Translations under genes and position numbers: made by a program | In this document: piece by piece, positions 24,774 to 38,027 of the stretch | Numbering within the stretch: position 1 is the first letter of the stretch | Layout of the letters: each line of letters opens with the position of its first letter | Notes under the pieces: model-generated | Database searches by the model: none | Seen by the model: the letters and a program-made list of their open reading frames with translations, nothing else | What the model was told of the DNA's origin: nothing | DNA from: Saccostrea echinata | Lineage: Eukaryota | Length of the DNA stretch: 64,000 nt | Reading direction: 5' to 3' | Assembly (NCBI RefSeq): GCF_033153115.1 | Contig: NW_026889778.1 | Span: forward strand, 41,974,001 to 42,038,000

Positions 24774-25873
24774 GGTGGTATGGGATACATGCATGTTATA
24801 ATGTACTTCCGTTAGAATGGTTGAGTGCTTTTATTTGATAAATTTGTAGATACTCCGTTTAAAACAGCTCTTTTTGTAAAAGATATTTTAATATACCAGT
24901 ATGTTTTTCACAATTTGGCATTTTATTTAAAAAAAAACAAAATTTGCAAGTATTGGACTACTAAATAATATATTTACAATAGACATTTAAGAAAAGTAAA
25001 CCATATAAAAGATATTTTAAACGTCGCTGCTTTTACAATTTCAAGCAACAAATATACATGTATTCCCATTGTTTGAGTAACTGTACACCACCTTGTGTGT
25101 TGTGAGTCATGGACAGGTATGATCACTTCACATTGTGATGAATTATTTCCAATCAATATTCATTTAAACCAGGACTGGTATTCTTTGTTTATTCATTCAA
25201 GAAGTAACTGCTTGGTCACATATAAACTGTTATATACAGCCAAATACTTTTAGAATGCTCTGGAGGAGACACATCTTGGAAAGAGACTTTTCATGCATTG
25301 TTTTCAGAGCAGTTTGAAGATGAAAGCAATTGCAGCACCAAAGTGCGATTTTTTTACGAAAGTGTTTTAAAATGCTCATAATGTCTGAAATGGCCTGGAA
25401 AATAAAGAGTATTTCTTCCCTTAGGATCTTTGAAGTCAAAAATTTTGAAATGCATCTGGTATTTTCCTTTTCAATATTTTTTTTCTTTTGTATACATATA
25501 TATTACTTTTATAACATATTTAGGCACATTCTAATTGTAGATTACCATGGAATGTCATCTGTCTGTTTTCAGGAAATGAAGTTTTCCCAGATTTTATGCT
25601 TATTTTTGTTGAAAATTAAAGAAAAAATAATGACATTTATTTCTTCTCATTTTTATTCTTACATCAACACTATATTAGTTAACTCTTTCCCATAATATTA
25701 AGTCTTTGGAAAAAAAGAATTATATACGAAAATATTACTTTTGTATTTTTCATAAAAAATAATAAAAAAAAAATTAAAAATACGGTTTCACACTAAAAGG
25801 TTGAGATATCTTAAAATCCTACTAATTTAGGTAAATAAATCGAAAGAAGTATTGTCTAGTATCCCATACCACC
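24774..25873. mobile_element. Kolobok-like non-autonomous element inserted in copy A
   Basis: TIR GGTGGTATGGGATAC / GTATCCCATACCACC; flanks ttca/taga; paralogous empty site ggaTTAAgct at ~28835. Confidence 0.8.
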
Positions 25874-26935
25874 TAGAGCTTTTCAATCATATTATTTTGT
25901 AAAGCACATTTACCTTTTTACTGTCAAATAATTTGCTTGGTTGACCCCCATTTCCCATTCTGTGATATTTTGACTAAGCCTTCGAATCATGTTTAACTGA
26001 ATACATTCCAATGTTTATTGATCAACAAAATACTAGTACTCCGAAGGAAGAAAAAACGTGGTGGTGTTTGGAAATCCTTAGCGTCCATTTGTTTTCCAAA
26101 ATTATATGCCTTATTTATTGTATACAAGACTTTTTTCTGAGTATTTTCGATATCGATTTATAAAAACATGCATTTAAATAAAACAAAGCAAAAATGAAAC
26201 CAAAATCAAGATTCAGAAAAAAATCAAACGAATTTCTTAAAATATCACTATCAAACCAAAGCGTATATTAATGTACTTTAATTTGTGAACACCCACACAT
26301 TAGAATTAATACCCAGAGATGATCTCCTCGTTGTCTACTGACAAATACTTGTGTAGCTCTTGAGGTATCAAAACTGAAATTCATATAGAATGGGACTTAG
26401 AAATATTTTCGAAAAGATTAAGACTGAGTGGATTTCAATTTCGAAAGAAGGTAAACTAATTGAGTAAAAAGAAAAAAAAATGTCCCCATTCATATCAAAC
26501 TCCAGTCGTAGTGATGTTTTGTGATAATTAAATGAAATCTTACGTTATTTTAATTTTGCAGAAAAGCTGAAATATTATACCTTGGTTTTCTATTATATTA
26601 TACAAGTACCGATGTATTTGTCATTACGAGACATCTATAATTCAATTAGATAAAACTTCCTTCCTACTGGTATATTGTTAATATTAAAAAGAAAACCTAC
26701 CTCTAAATGTTTTTTTTTTTTGAGTCAAACTATAATTGCGTATCCAATCAAGAAAACGCGTTGATAGGTTTGAAATAACTACATCTGTTTTCCCCTTTTA
26801 TTATAATAAATACATGTAAAAATAAATGTGATGTAACAAATGGCATACATGAAAACCAGGTGTGACTTCAAAGATGGCGTGGACTTACAATTTTTTTTTA
26901 AATTAATGAAAATAAAAAATAAATCTTTCTTTACA

Positions 26936-27216
26936 CTGGCGCGGATCCAGGAATTGAAGTTAGAGAGGGCGCAAAAGTAGGCAGGGGGTATGGGGGGCCG
27001 CCTTGAGGCCCCCAGTGGGTCCAGGGCAAAGCCCTGGTGGTGGCCCGGGGGGCGAAGCCCCCGGAAGCTCCTGGATTCTAGAGATTTTGTAGGCTTAAAA
27101 CGAGGTCTACCGAGTAGACACTTTTACAATTTCTCGAGGAAACTATGATTTACCCTAACTTTGACAGTTTTATGGGGGGGGGGCGCCGGGTGCGTCCCCC
27201 CTTTAATCCACCACTG
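26936..27216 (+). mobile_element. hAT-like MITE with 5-bp TSD
   Basis: Ends CTGGCGCGGAT... / ...ATCCACCACTG; TSD TTACA; GC-rich ggggcgaagcccccggaagctc core. Confidence 0.85.
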
Positions 27217-27477
27217 TTACATAAGTAACAGTGTTAAGTTAACCTCATTATTTCAGGTTTTTCATTCAAGGTTCCCTAAAAATGACATTCAAAATTATTT
27301 TAATTATTTATATTTCGATAGACTGCTTTGAGATCGAGATCAGCATATTTAAGGATTTCCATACAGTGGTTTCGTGTAGAGGGTATAAAAAATCCAGTGT
27401 ACGAGGAAATGGTTACATAATATATATAAAGTAAAACCTTTTTACTCATATATATTAACATAATTAATATGTGTAAT

Positions 27478-27780
27478 CACTGGCGGATTTAAGGGGGGGG
27501 CGTGGGGGGCGCACGCCCCCCCCTAAAAATTTCAAACTATGATATGACTAATATTAATAATGCCATACTTAAGTATATAACTAACCAATACCACTATTTT
27601 TGTGCCTGGTTTTACTCTTAAAATACACGAAAACCCAGGAGCTTCAGGGGGCTTCGCCCCCTGGGCCCCCACCAGGGCTTCGCCCTGGACCCACTGAGGG
27701 CCTTATGGCGGCCCCCAAACCCCCTGCCTGAACGAAGTTATCCACGCCCCCCCTAATCACAAATCCTGTATCCGCCCATG
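27478..27780 (-). mobile_element. hAT-like MITE of the same group, opposite orientation
   Basis: Ends CACTGGCGGAT... / ...ATCCGCCCATG; TSD GTAAT; core is the reverse complement of that at ~26985-27080. Confidence 0.85.
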
Positions 27781-28136
27781 GTAATTGGCAAGAAACTGTA
27801 TTTCATGCAATGTTGAACACAACAATACCGAGTCTAAGAACTTATTTACCTTCATATACCAAGAAATCTAGCTTCAATTTGTTGGTGTAATTTATGAAAA
27901 GTTCAACAAAGAATATATTTTTTGTTAGATACGTATAGAATTTTGCAATTGAGAAGATATTAAAATAGATACATGTAACAAGATATTTATTGTGTGTTTG
28001 GATGGGAGACACGTTTCACGAACGATAAGATTTATTATATATTAAATTATATTGAAATACAGTGTGGTGTCTTTTACTTCGAATTCAAAGGAATATATGG
28101 AATTTAGGTACAAGTGAAAATGAATATTCAATATTC

Positions 28137-29825
28137 AGAGGTTATTTAATACATTCTTTTAAATTGATAGCAACAACTAGCGAATACAGATTTTTTTCCC
28201 CCTGAAATTAAGTCAAGACATCACATGCCTACAGAACAACAGTTATAGACACCCTGGAATTTTTATATACTACATTTTTACACTCCTTCCAGTCATTACA
28301 CACCACACACTAAAGCTTCATATTTTGGAGCGATTAACCTACAGTATATAAATAAATCATAAATCAAGATTACAATTTTAGTAAAACAATCGGGGGGGGG
28401 GGGGGTGAATATTTTAGAAGTATGTCCATATAACACCATGCATAGGGAAAAACATTACCAACTTAACTTACGGTTCATAGATTTTTGAAATTAAAATTGT
28501 TCGATCCAGTTTCCCGGGTATTAAAAAAATGCCTTATTTTATTAATACACACTCTGGTATCGTTCAGGTAATTTGAACTCGATCTAAATCATATGACATT
28601 GATTAAAATCACATCCAGATGAAGCAGCTGTTCTGCATACATTTCATGTCTGGTTTCCCAATCTGTTCCACTGTTAAAATTTATGCTAATATGTTTGCAA
28701 ATATTTTGACAACAAGGAAAAAGGTCTAAGGTTATTAAGTACCCCCATATTCAAATGGGTGGGTGGGGGGGGGGGGGCACATGAATCTTTGTGCCTTAAT
28801 ATCCCAATGTTTGATAGGAATAAAAAAAATGTAGGATTAAGCTAGGAGTGGGATTGTCAACCCCCTTATTTTTGCTTGTCAATTATATTACTTTGCACAG
28901 TAACACATTTACACATTGCACATTAACTTTGTATGTTTTTTTTTTTTACGGAATCCCCTCAAACGAACCACAGAGTATTAGTATTTCGAGGGAAAAAAAC
29001 AGTTGTGGAGTTTGGAAATCCCTAGTCTTTCCAATGTTTTCATAAGTATATGCTTCAATTATATATGCAAGACTTTTTTTGAGTATTTTCATGGTTTTCC
29101 ATATATTTTTTAAATAGCCACCCAAAATATGCATTTATATGAAACAAAGCAAAAATGAAACCAAAAAAGCAAGAATCAATCAAAAGAATTTCTAACAATA
29201 TCATTATGAAACCAAAGCGCAAGTTTATAAACCCATACATTAGAATAAACACCCATGGATGACCTATTCGATGACAAATACCTGTGCAGCGCTAGAGGTA
29301 TCGAGAGCGAAATTCTTATATAGTGGAACATAGAAATATATTTTAAAAGATGAGGACTTTATAGAGTATGAATTTCGAAAGATTGAAGCTTAACTAAATG
29401 AGAGGGGAAAAAAACGAGATCTTACGTCGGGAGATCAGCAAAGTTCGAAAAACTAATTTCCCCTTTATATCAAGTTTCAGTCTTATTGATGCTTGTGAAA
29501 ATTAAGTGCAAACTTTAGTTCAACTGAATGAAATGTTATACATTGGTTTTCCATTACATTAACATATCTACATGTATATATTTGTCGTTAAGAGTCGCCT
29601 GTAATTCAGTTAGATCAAATTTCCTTCCTACTGACAAGTTCTCAATCTTTTAAAAGAAATGTACCTCTGACTATTTTATTAGTCTAACTATTTTGCGTCC
29701 AATTAAGATATTGCTTTCAATTGGTTGCTATAAAATAATAATATCTAATTTTTTCCCCCTTTTATTATCACAAGTACGTGCAAAATAAATCTAATGTAAC
29801 AAATGCCATGCATGAAAACCGGGTA
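28137..29825. repeat. Tandem segmental duplication, copy B
   Basis: Colinear with 23797-26865 minus the Kolobok-like insert. Confidence 0.9.
28255..28321 (-). pseudogene. Pseudogene copy of the zinc-ribbon microprotein
   Basis: ATG AAG CTT TAG (TAC->TAG) then CVVCNDWKECKNVVYK; second CxxC region deleted. Confidence 0.8.
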
Positions 29826-31666
29826 TCATGGTAACTTTTATAACAATTATGGTGTATTTCTTGAATATTCGTTTTATACATTTTGAGTCCGACAATTAGG
29901 ACTTCACCAAATGTCATCAATTCTTGTCTGAATCTGAAATAAGCCGCCTACATGGGGTGATAGTGATATTTGAAATATGATCATTGTAAATTGTTCGAAA
30001 TATTATGAAAAACGATATTTTACCAATGAAGAATTTGAATTATTTGCAATGTGAAAATATGATATTAATTAAATATCTACATCCAGTGTTTCCAACACGT
30101 TAACCTTTTCAGAATACTGAAATATATTTTGAAAATTAGTTCCACTCATAATATTCTTAAAGCAACAATAGCTTAATGTTTTTTGTTTTATCCTGAATCC
30201 AAGAAATAAGAGACCTCATTTATCATCATGTTAACTTCAATATTTAAAATCAACGTTAAACTAGGAAATCCTAGTACTATGATATGAAAAAAAATACATA
30301 TGTTCTTAAATTTCAATACAAAAATTTTGAAGTTTGAAACACACATGGTACATATAACAATAAATTGCATTAAGCTGTAATAAGGTTAATTAAAAGCAAG
30401 GTTTTCTTTTTAGATTCACTTGTGTCTGTGTATATGTGCACGTGTACGCAAATGCATAAGACTTACTAAACTTTTATGAATTTGTATATAAAAAATGACC
30501 CTTCAGGGATTCCTTATCTTATGTTTGTAAAACAAAACATAACCGAAAATCTTCTTAATTTAATGATTTTGAGCTAAAATTTGTTTTGTTACATTCATAT
30601 TTCCCTTTATTATTCAGAAATAGTCATGAAATATAGACACTTTAAAAAGGATCTGGAAATTATTTGTGTCCAGCATGTAATATTACATTTCTCTAAAGGG
30701 GACGAAGGACACATGGTCACATGATTCAGTTTGACTACGTCATAGTTTCTGATAATGTAAGTGAAAAACGTGATTTAAATCATCGGCACTTGTATAAATT
30801 TTTGACAATTTATTTTACTTCACCGTCTTATATAAAAATATTAAAAACTTTAACATTTTTGTTAACATTAAGGACTTATGAATTAGATTGATTCACTCCT
30901 CTGTTTTCCTGCGCGTCCAACAAGTCGGTGACGTCATACACGATCTACAGTAAGATCATACTCGGTGAATACACGGGCAGTATTACTACGTAAAAACAAA
31001 TCATAATCAGCACATGGTGAGGTATTTTTTGAAATGGGGAACACAAAATTTATTTTTGCATTGTTGATGACATTAATCTTATATCGGTAAATCTAATTTC
31101 GATAATTAGATTACGCGTGACGTCAAAGTTGGTTTTCCTGTACTTGAGAAATGTAAACCTGACATGTTTTTATCATGTTTATGTCTTGTTTAACGATGTC
31201 CTGTTCAAGTTCCTCTAAAACACAATTTCAATAATGAGCCTTATAATCAAAAACAATGTTCTTACTTGTTTTGTCAGCTGGGACCAGTATATATTCATCG
31301 TGTATTCTATCTAATTTTTTTTTTCTTTCTAAATTATTGAAAACGAGGGATATATGGTTTTCATATTTCCCCCTCCTTTTAATATGAAATTTCAGCATCC
31401 ATCTGACACTTTTAATTCATTCTCCAGACAGTGTCAAGGATTTTTTTTTCAAGTTTGGTCCATTACCTAGAGTAATCTTCGACAGACTTCATAGTATTTA
31501 TGAAATTTTGACGATAGTTGAAAGATCGGGAGTCCCTAAATGTTGGCCCTTGTAAAATAAGTGATTTAAGGTCCTCATTTTAACTATAATCATGTCACCA
31601 GTACTGACGTGTCCTGCAGGACTTTGTAGGGAGATGAAAAACATGAACATATATATATATATATAT

Positions 31667-32467
31667 TAGGGATGTCAACGAGTACCCGGTTAACCGGGTA
31701 CTCGATCGAACGTCCGAGTATCGAATACTAAAAATGGTACTCGGTTACTCGGAAGTGTATTTTTTCTCATTTCAATGTACATATTTTTATCAAAATTTAT
31801 CAAACAAATATCTTAAAACTGCATACGGTTATTAGCGTGTCGTCATCTACACCTGTAAAAAAAAACCGTTATCGCCTGTGGCTGTGTATATACAGTAATT
31901 AGTGACCAATCACCTGGTACACAGCTGTCACCTATTGTGGTCCTTAATTTTTGGATGGCTTCAATGATTGCTTTCTTTGAACATCGATTCGATTAAGTAT
32001 GGTCTATTATCTTCAAATCATTTTTAAATTATTTAAATAATGTTGGAAGTCAGTTTGTGTAGTAAGTTTATACGAGGGAAACAACCAACTTAGACTAGCG
32101 ATCCCAACAACGTCCGTTCCTTCCCTTTCGTTTGTCTAATCATAACAAACCTGCGTAACAGATTGTCCTCCTTTTGCGTAGATGAAATAGATCCTAAACA
32201 ATAACTATAAACCATTTGTAAATTTTGATGTATTAATTGTGTCTTTTGTGTTTATTTGATAAATAAATTTAGTATCAAAAAATCAATTCCACTGGACTCG
32301 ATGTTAAATTTATATACATTTATAAACGTGATAAAAACAGCTTTGAGGTTTAACAGAGCTTAACATGGCTCAAGAAAATTAACACACTTGTATGTACATT
32401 TTTGCATGTACCGAGTACCCGGGTACTCGATCGGAAAAACGTCCGAGTAACCGATTATCAAAAATTG
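31667..32467. mobile_element. hAT-like MITE (TAGGGATG end), right terminus in N gap
   Basis: Starts TAGGGATGTCAAC after (TA)n; subterminal cgagtacccgg..gtactcgatcg..cgtccgagta motifs at both ends. Confidence 0.7.
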
Positions 32468-33472
32468 NNNNNNNNNNNNNNNNNNNNNNNNNNNNNNNNN
32501 NNNNNNNNNNNNNNNNNNNNNNNNNNNNNNNNNNNNNNNNNNNNNNNNNNNNNNNNNNNNNNNNNNNNNNNNNNNNNNNNNNNNNNNNNNNNNNNNNNNN
32601 NNNNNNNNNATATTCGATGAATATTTGTAAGAAATACAAGGCGTGGACTTCAACGTGAAATATGCTGGATAACAAGATTGGACTTTTTTTGTTATTATTT
32701 ATATCTACTGCGTCAGTTGTTGACAATTTAAGTTTTAGGAAAAAGAAAAAAGTGTTACTTGAGCGGTATTCTCTTCCATAAAACGTGGTGGCCTAAAAAG
32801 TCTGTGTTACAGATTTTGGCCTGTATTCTGATGTCAAAAAATCCAAATATGGACTTTCTTTGGTCTGTCAAAAACATCATTGAATACTTTCAAAAAGACA
32901 TAGTAAAGTCATTAAAAGATCACAGACCGAAGCCTTTTGGTACCCCGTGCTTAAGCATTCGCTAAGAGTATCAGTTTTTGTAAGATTTTGTAAGGCAGGA
33001 GTGTTTTTTTTTTCACGGTTGCACACAATACTGGCCTTAGAATTGATATTTTGTTTATTTGTGTTCGTTTATATTGTCATTTTCTTCCTAGCCTATTTTA
33101 GTAGCGTTAAAATGACGTTGCGATAAGTTAAAATGACGTTGCGATAACCAAGTCAATGGACTCATGCAGGTTTATTACCTCTCTAGAACTATCAAACTAT
33201 CAGATATGTGTGTCAGATCCTGTGAATCATTCTAACGGTGAAAGCAACCCATCCTAAATCTGGAGTCAAGTCGACAACTGTTATCTCATGTTTTTGTTCT
33301 ACACATAACTATGTGATGCTTTCCAGAAATAACGCAGTTAAAACTGGTGGTTGTATTGAAGTGAAAAGGTCAATATTTTGAAGGAAGAAAAAAGGTTGTT
33401 TTCTTAGCTTTCAATTTCGACGTTTCAATTCAATTGAAATACAATTGACTCTTGATCATTTGATAATTGACT

Positions 33473-33476
<4 letters not shown>

Positions 33477-33508
<32 letters not shown>
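33477..33508. repeat. (TA)n microsatellite
   Basis: Directly visible. Confidence 0.95.
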
Positions 33509-33511
<3 letters not shown>

Positions 33512-34299
33512 TAAATGTTTCAAAGGTCGTATGATAAGCCAGGTAAATGAGCAGAAAGCTGACTTAAAAGGAGTGAAAAGATTAGTTTTTTTTCATATGA
33601 TAAAGTAATAAATCTGCGTCATTACGAATATTTTTTGATGCTCAAAATTGTTAAACTTTTGGTTTCGATTTGGGTTGACATTGACTTTTAAAAATGCCTT
33701 CAAATGTTTGTTTCTTTTGTTTTGGTTTCGTTTTTTTTTTTTTTTAATTCTTCCTGTGTTTTATTTCCTGGTTTGTACAAATTTCTTTCGTAGCAATAAA
33801 AATATACTTTAAAAAAAAAAAAAAAACACCTAGCAAATACTTGGAATAGGAAAACGAAAGTCTGGAATGATACATCACGGGTATGATTTTCGAACACAAG
33901 TGACAAATTCGGTATTTCCGAACATAAAGGTTTGGATTTTTTCAGGGGTATTTTAAATTTGTTGTCCGTGAACTTGTATAAAAAATTCTATTCTTTTCTG
34001 TTTCAGTTATACTAGTATATCCTCGAAAAAATAGTTTATTGTCATTTTTTGAATTCTTCTCGCTCCCTTGGATTAAATAATTAACCATATGGTAAATTTT
34101 ATGAAACAAAATAAGGGGGATGGAAATTTTTGGTTTCAGTTACTCATTATTATGATGAAAGTTTGAAACAACTTTAGGTATTTTCCCCAAGTTTCGTGTG
34201 CTTAAAAACTCAGTCTAAAAAAAATGGGATTACTTTATTTAGATTTACGTGACATAAAGTATTACATATCGAAAAGAAAAAAATAATTTGTGCACAATG

Positions 34300-34930
34300 G
34301 TTAAACGAAGAGACTTCATCCAAAAATTTATGCTTTTCTTTACTCCTGGATATCAGATAGTTATTCTATTGGCATGATAATATTAAGCATTGAGACATTC
34401 ACCACATTTTTAAAATCCGTGGCCCAAGAGTCAGAGGTTCTGTTGTTATAGTAGCTAGGGCTTTATTGATCATATAGTGAAAATGTACAACTTCTTATAA
34501 ATTCTTCGCAACTGTATATCTTTCATACAAACTTAATGCATAGTTATTATTAGCAAATGTACCTCTTCCAAAATTATGAAATCCATGACCACTGGGACAG
34601 AGGTTCTTGTGTTAGGGCGGGCCTCCATTAATTGTGAAAGTGCATTTATTCTTTAAACATCTTTTTTGCTATTAGGTATTAAGCAGACAAACTAAGTGCA
34701 TTGATATGATGACTTGGGTTGTCTCTTCCAAACATATGGAATTCATGACCCCAGATCAGCGGTTCTATGTTATGTGGGACTCTATCGATAATTTATTGAA
34801 AATGCATCCATTCTTTGAAAATCTCCTCTGTTCCTTGGTATCTAAGATGTAAATTTTAATGAGCAAGAGTGTTTTTACCACATTTTTGTGAAATTCTTGA
34901 CTACTTGATTAGGGGTTCCGGTGCTGTAGG
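34300..34930 (+). repeat. Degenerate ~160-170-bp satellite array (HINE-associated, Cg170-like)
   Basis: Units with aaatYcatgacc...agaggttct...gtgaaaatgca...aaatc.tc recur at ~34415, 34580, 34740 and 34890; similar to 61200-61480. Confidence 0.75.
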
Positions 34931-35438
34931 AAAATTTGTTATGTATGTTTTTATTATGTTATGTATCTCTGGTAGGTGTTTAACGTGTAGCAAATAAAGT
35001 TATTCGCCTTTGTTACATGTATTTATTTAAGATAATTTATCGCAGTAAATAATGTACCTGAGAAGTCAATCGAATAAAACAATTATGCAGGAATTTTTTA
35101 ATCCATAGAGTACTTTTATAGTTTTAATAGTCAGATAGACTTGTAAATAGTAGATAAACAAGCAAATGCAAAGAATTGTGGTCCTGCGCTTCTTTCGGTG
35201 TATAAGTGGTTGGGATGCAGATATTTACGGCATATTGTAACTATCTTGTTTGTGTGTCCCTCAAACTTGTAGATCAAGGTCATGAAGTCAAAAAAATATA
35301 CCTTTCTGAAAGGTGTTGTCATAGGTAATGTACATGCAAATTATGAAAGCTCTATCTTCTCTCATTCAAAAGTTATTACCAATGTCAAAAAAAAAAATGA
35401 AAAAGACTGGAGGTTCAACTTAAGGTCAAAGTCTCGAG

Positions 35439-35648
35439 ACCGTTCACGGTAGCTCAGTCGGTAGAGCGTTCGCTCCGTGACCGGAAGGTCGTGAGTTCGA
35501 ATTTCGGCCGCGACTGACATAAGTCGATAAAAAATAGGTAGCAACTGTTCCTTCGCCATGCGCTCGGCACTTTGAAGTGAACGTTGTGGGTCCTTCAGAT
35601 GAGACCTTAAAAATTCTCGAATGGGACGTAAAAACAACATACAATCAA
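35439..35648 (+). mobile_element. tRNA-derived SINE (family 1, internally deleted)
   Basis: A box ggtagctcagtcgg, B box gagttcgaat, (caat)n tail, TSD tcaaagtctYgag. Confidence 0.9.
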
Positions 35649-36190
35649 TCAAAGTCTTGAGGCAAAAAACCAGAGTACTTTCGGAAATTAACGTCTTGAA
35701 ATAGGTTATGCAAAAGGTCAAATATAAATGCCCTATCTTCTCTCATTCAAAAGTTCTGCAATATTAATATTTTTGAAAATAAAGTCAATCTTCAAGGTCA
35801 AGGCTATGGGGTAAAAAATCATACTTCATTTGGAAATTTCTTGTCACAGGTAATGCACATGTCAAATATGAATGCCTTCTCCTCTCTCTCCTTCAAAAGT
35901 TATCAGGAATGATATTTTTTTTTTTTGAAATTAGGTCAAACTTGAAGGTCAAAGACACGGGATCAAATATCATAGCACATTCGGAAACTTCTTTTCACAG
36001 GTAATGCTTTTGTTATATATGAACGTCGCATCTTTTTGACAATTAGGTTAAACTTCAAGGTCAAGGGGTCAAAAATCATACGTTTTGTCAAAGGTAATGC
36101 ACATGTCAAATATGAATGTTCTATCTTCTCTCGTTCAAAAGTAGTAATCAATGTTAAAATTTTTGAGAAGTAGGTAAAACTTCAGTGTCA

Positions 36191-36549
36191 CCCTAACAAA
36201 AATTTACTATAGGTAACTATAGTTTACTATAGTTAATTACTATAGGTAACTATAGTTTACTATAGTTAACTGTAGTGAAAACTTTGATACTTTGAATTAC
36301 TATGAAACTTTACTATGGAACTCTTTTTGAGATTTCAAAGCTTAAATTCGATAACAGTGATGTGAAATGTGGAAATAGTATGTGAATATACAAATAATAG
36401 TTACATTTGATATAAAATACGTGCATGTATGAATTGAATAACAAAAAAATATAACAATCTGATATCCATAGTAAAAATACTTTGATTTACTGTAGTAAAA
36501 ACTTTGATACTATAGTAAACTAGAGTTAACTATAGTATTTTTGTTAGGG
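36191..36549. mobile_element. CACTA/EnSpm-like MITE
   Basis: TIR CCCTAACAAAAAT..ACTATAG / CTATAGTATTTTTGTTAGGG, 2-bp TSD CA, subterminal actatagt repeats; interrupts a gtca|aggtca satellite motif. Confidence 0.8.
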
Positions 36550-37746
36550 CAAGGTCAGAGGTCAAAAATCATAGTTTATTTTAATAGGTATTGTCACAGG
36601 TAAATAAATGTACATGTGAAATTTGAAAGTTTTTTCTCTTCTCATTCAAAAGTTATGATCAAGGTAAAAGTTTTTGTGACAGACAGACTGACAGACAAAC
36701 AGACTGACAGAATGAGATTTAATACCCCCTTGTTAAAGCGTTTCATTTTGTTTATGTCAAACAAATGAATTTTCACACATTAGTACCACAGATTATAGAT
36801 ATTTTGTCAATGTAAATTTCATCACATTATTTCCATATAATCTGGTAATAAACACAACATCGCTGACAATGCTCTTCTTAAAAAGTGAAAAAAAAAAAAA
36901 AAAAAAACTGCGGTGCGCCGACCACCTATTTTTAATTTTCTTTAAAAAGCCATTTCCATATACAAATAAAATGACAACCTCATAATATTTTGTCTCTTTA
37001 AGCTTATGAGTATTAAACCACACTCCCTTACTAGCACATTCATTTATGTCACTTGTTAACAACCATACATTGTATATTAACTTTCGGAAATACAGATTAA
37101 GGACAAAAATGAGTGGGGGAATATTTACAAAAACGCTAAAAATTAAATTAATAAATTTGAATAATTGAATAATTCAATCAAAACTCAAAATATTTTAACT
37201 GAATACCACTTGAAGGCATCTGTGGAAAACTATAAATAAATGGTCAGTTAACTAATTGTCAAACTTTACTATTAAATATAGTGTTGACTACTATGGGACA
37301 GGCAGGGTTTTGCTATTTAAAGCAGTGTTGATCAAAATAATAATTTTAAACTTAAAATACATAAAAAAGCATTTTCCTTTTCCTGCACTAGAGGCACAAA
37401 TAATGTAGAAACAACCCACAGTAGAGATGTCCTTAAATCCCGATAGCGTGTAAGTAGGCCTGAGAAGTTTTCTGAAAATAAAAGATGAGTCATATGATAT
37501 ACATGATACCTAATATGATAATCGTAACGCGTATTAAAAGATCTGATGTAATTCGTGGCATATTCATAAACATTGTGTGGCTGGAAGAATAAACAATTGA
37601 GTGGCCTCTTTGTAAATATGGTTCTTCATGGGGGATGAGAACTTGGAGAATGAAAGCTTGAAGTATCAAGTGCCATATTCTAAATTTGAACTGCATTGTG
37701 AAGGTTATATTTCGACAATTCGTTTCTCAATAATTTTGATTCTTTT

Positions 37747-38027
37747 CTTGTTTGTTGTTTAACGTTCCTTCGAGAATTTTTCACTTATACTGAGAAGCCA
37801 CCACTTGCCGGTTAAGGGCTGCAAATTTAGACCTGTGCCTGGCACTTACGGCCTTTGAGCAGTGAGGGATCTTTTTTTTCGAGCCAGTCCCTATAGCAAC
37901 ATGGGACCTCGGTTTATACGACCACGTCTCCACGTCACACAGTGGATTCAAACTCGCCATGTAAGGATCAACTCCTTATTCCACTACTCTAGAGCAAACG
38001 CTCTAATCACTGCGCCACGCGGGCGAC
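37747..38027 (-). mobile_element. tRNA-derived SINE (family 2)
   Basis: Reverse-complement homolog of 52990-53288, including head gtcgcccgcgtgg and (aaac)n tail. Confidence 0.9.

Larger units (their letters stand above)
23797..26865. repeat. Tandem segmental duplication, copy A
   Basis: Colinear similarity to 28137-29825, e.g. ctgaaattaagtcaagacatca, gtttggaaatcc, atgtaacaaatg.cat.catgaaaacc. Confidence 0.9.
35156..36735. mobile_element. Helentron/HINE (CvA/pearl-like) element: tandem repeats plus (ACAG)n microsatellite
   Basis: Repeated aaacttcaaggtcaagg...caggtaatgcacatgtcaaatatgaa...ctctcattcaaaagtt units; acagacagactgacagac at 36678-36711; carries a nested SINE and MITE. Confidence 0.8.

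Noticed and set aside
30695-31220. Possible Kolobok-like element
   Set aside because: Putative TIRs too divergent to support
35444-35515. tRNA genes here and at ~48633, 52990 and 38027
   Set aside because: Broken acceptor/T stems, followed by SINE body, tail and (in most) TSDs
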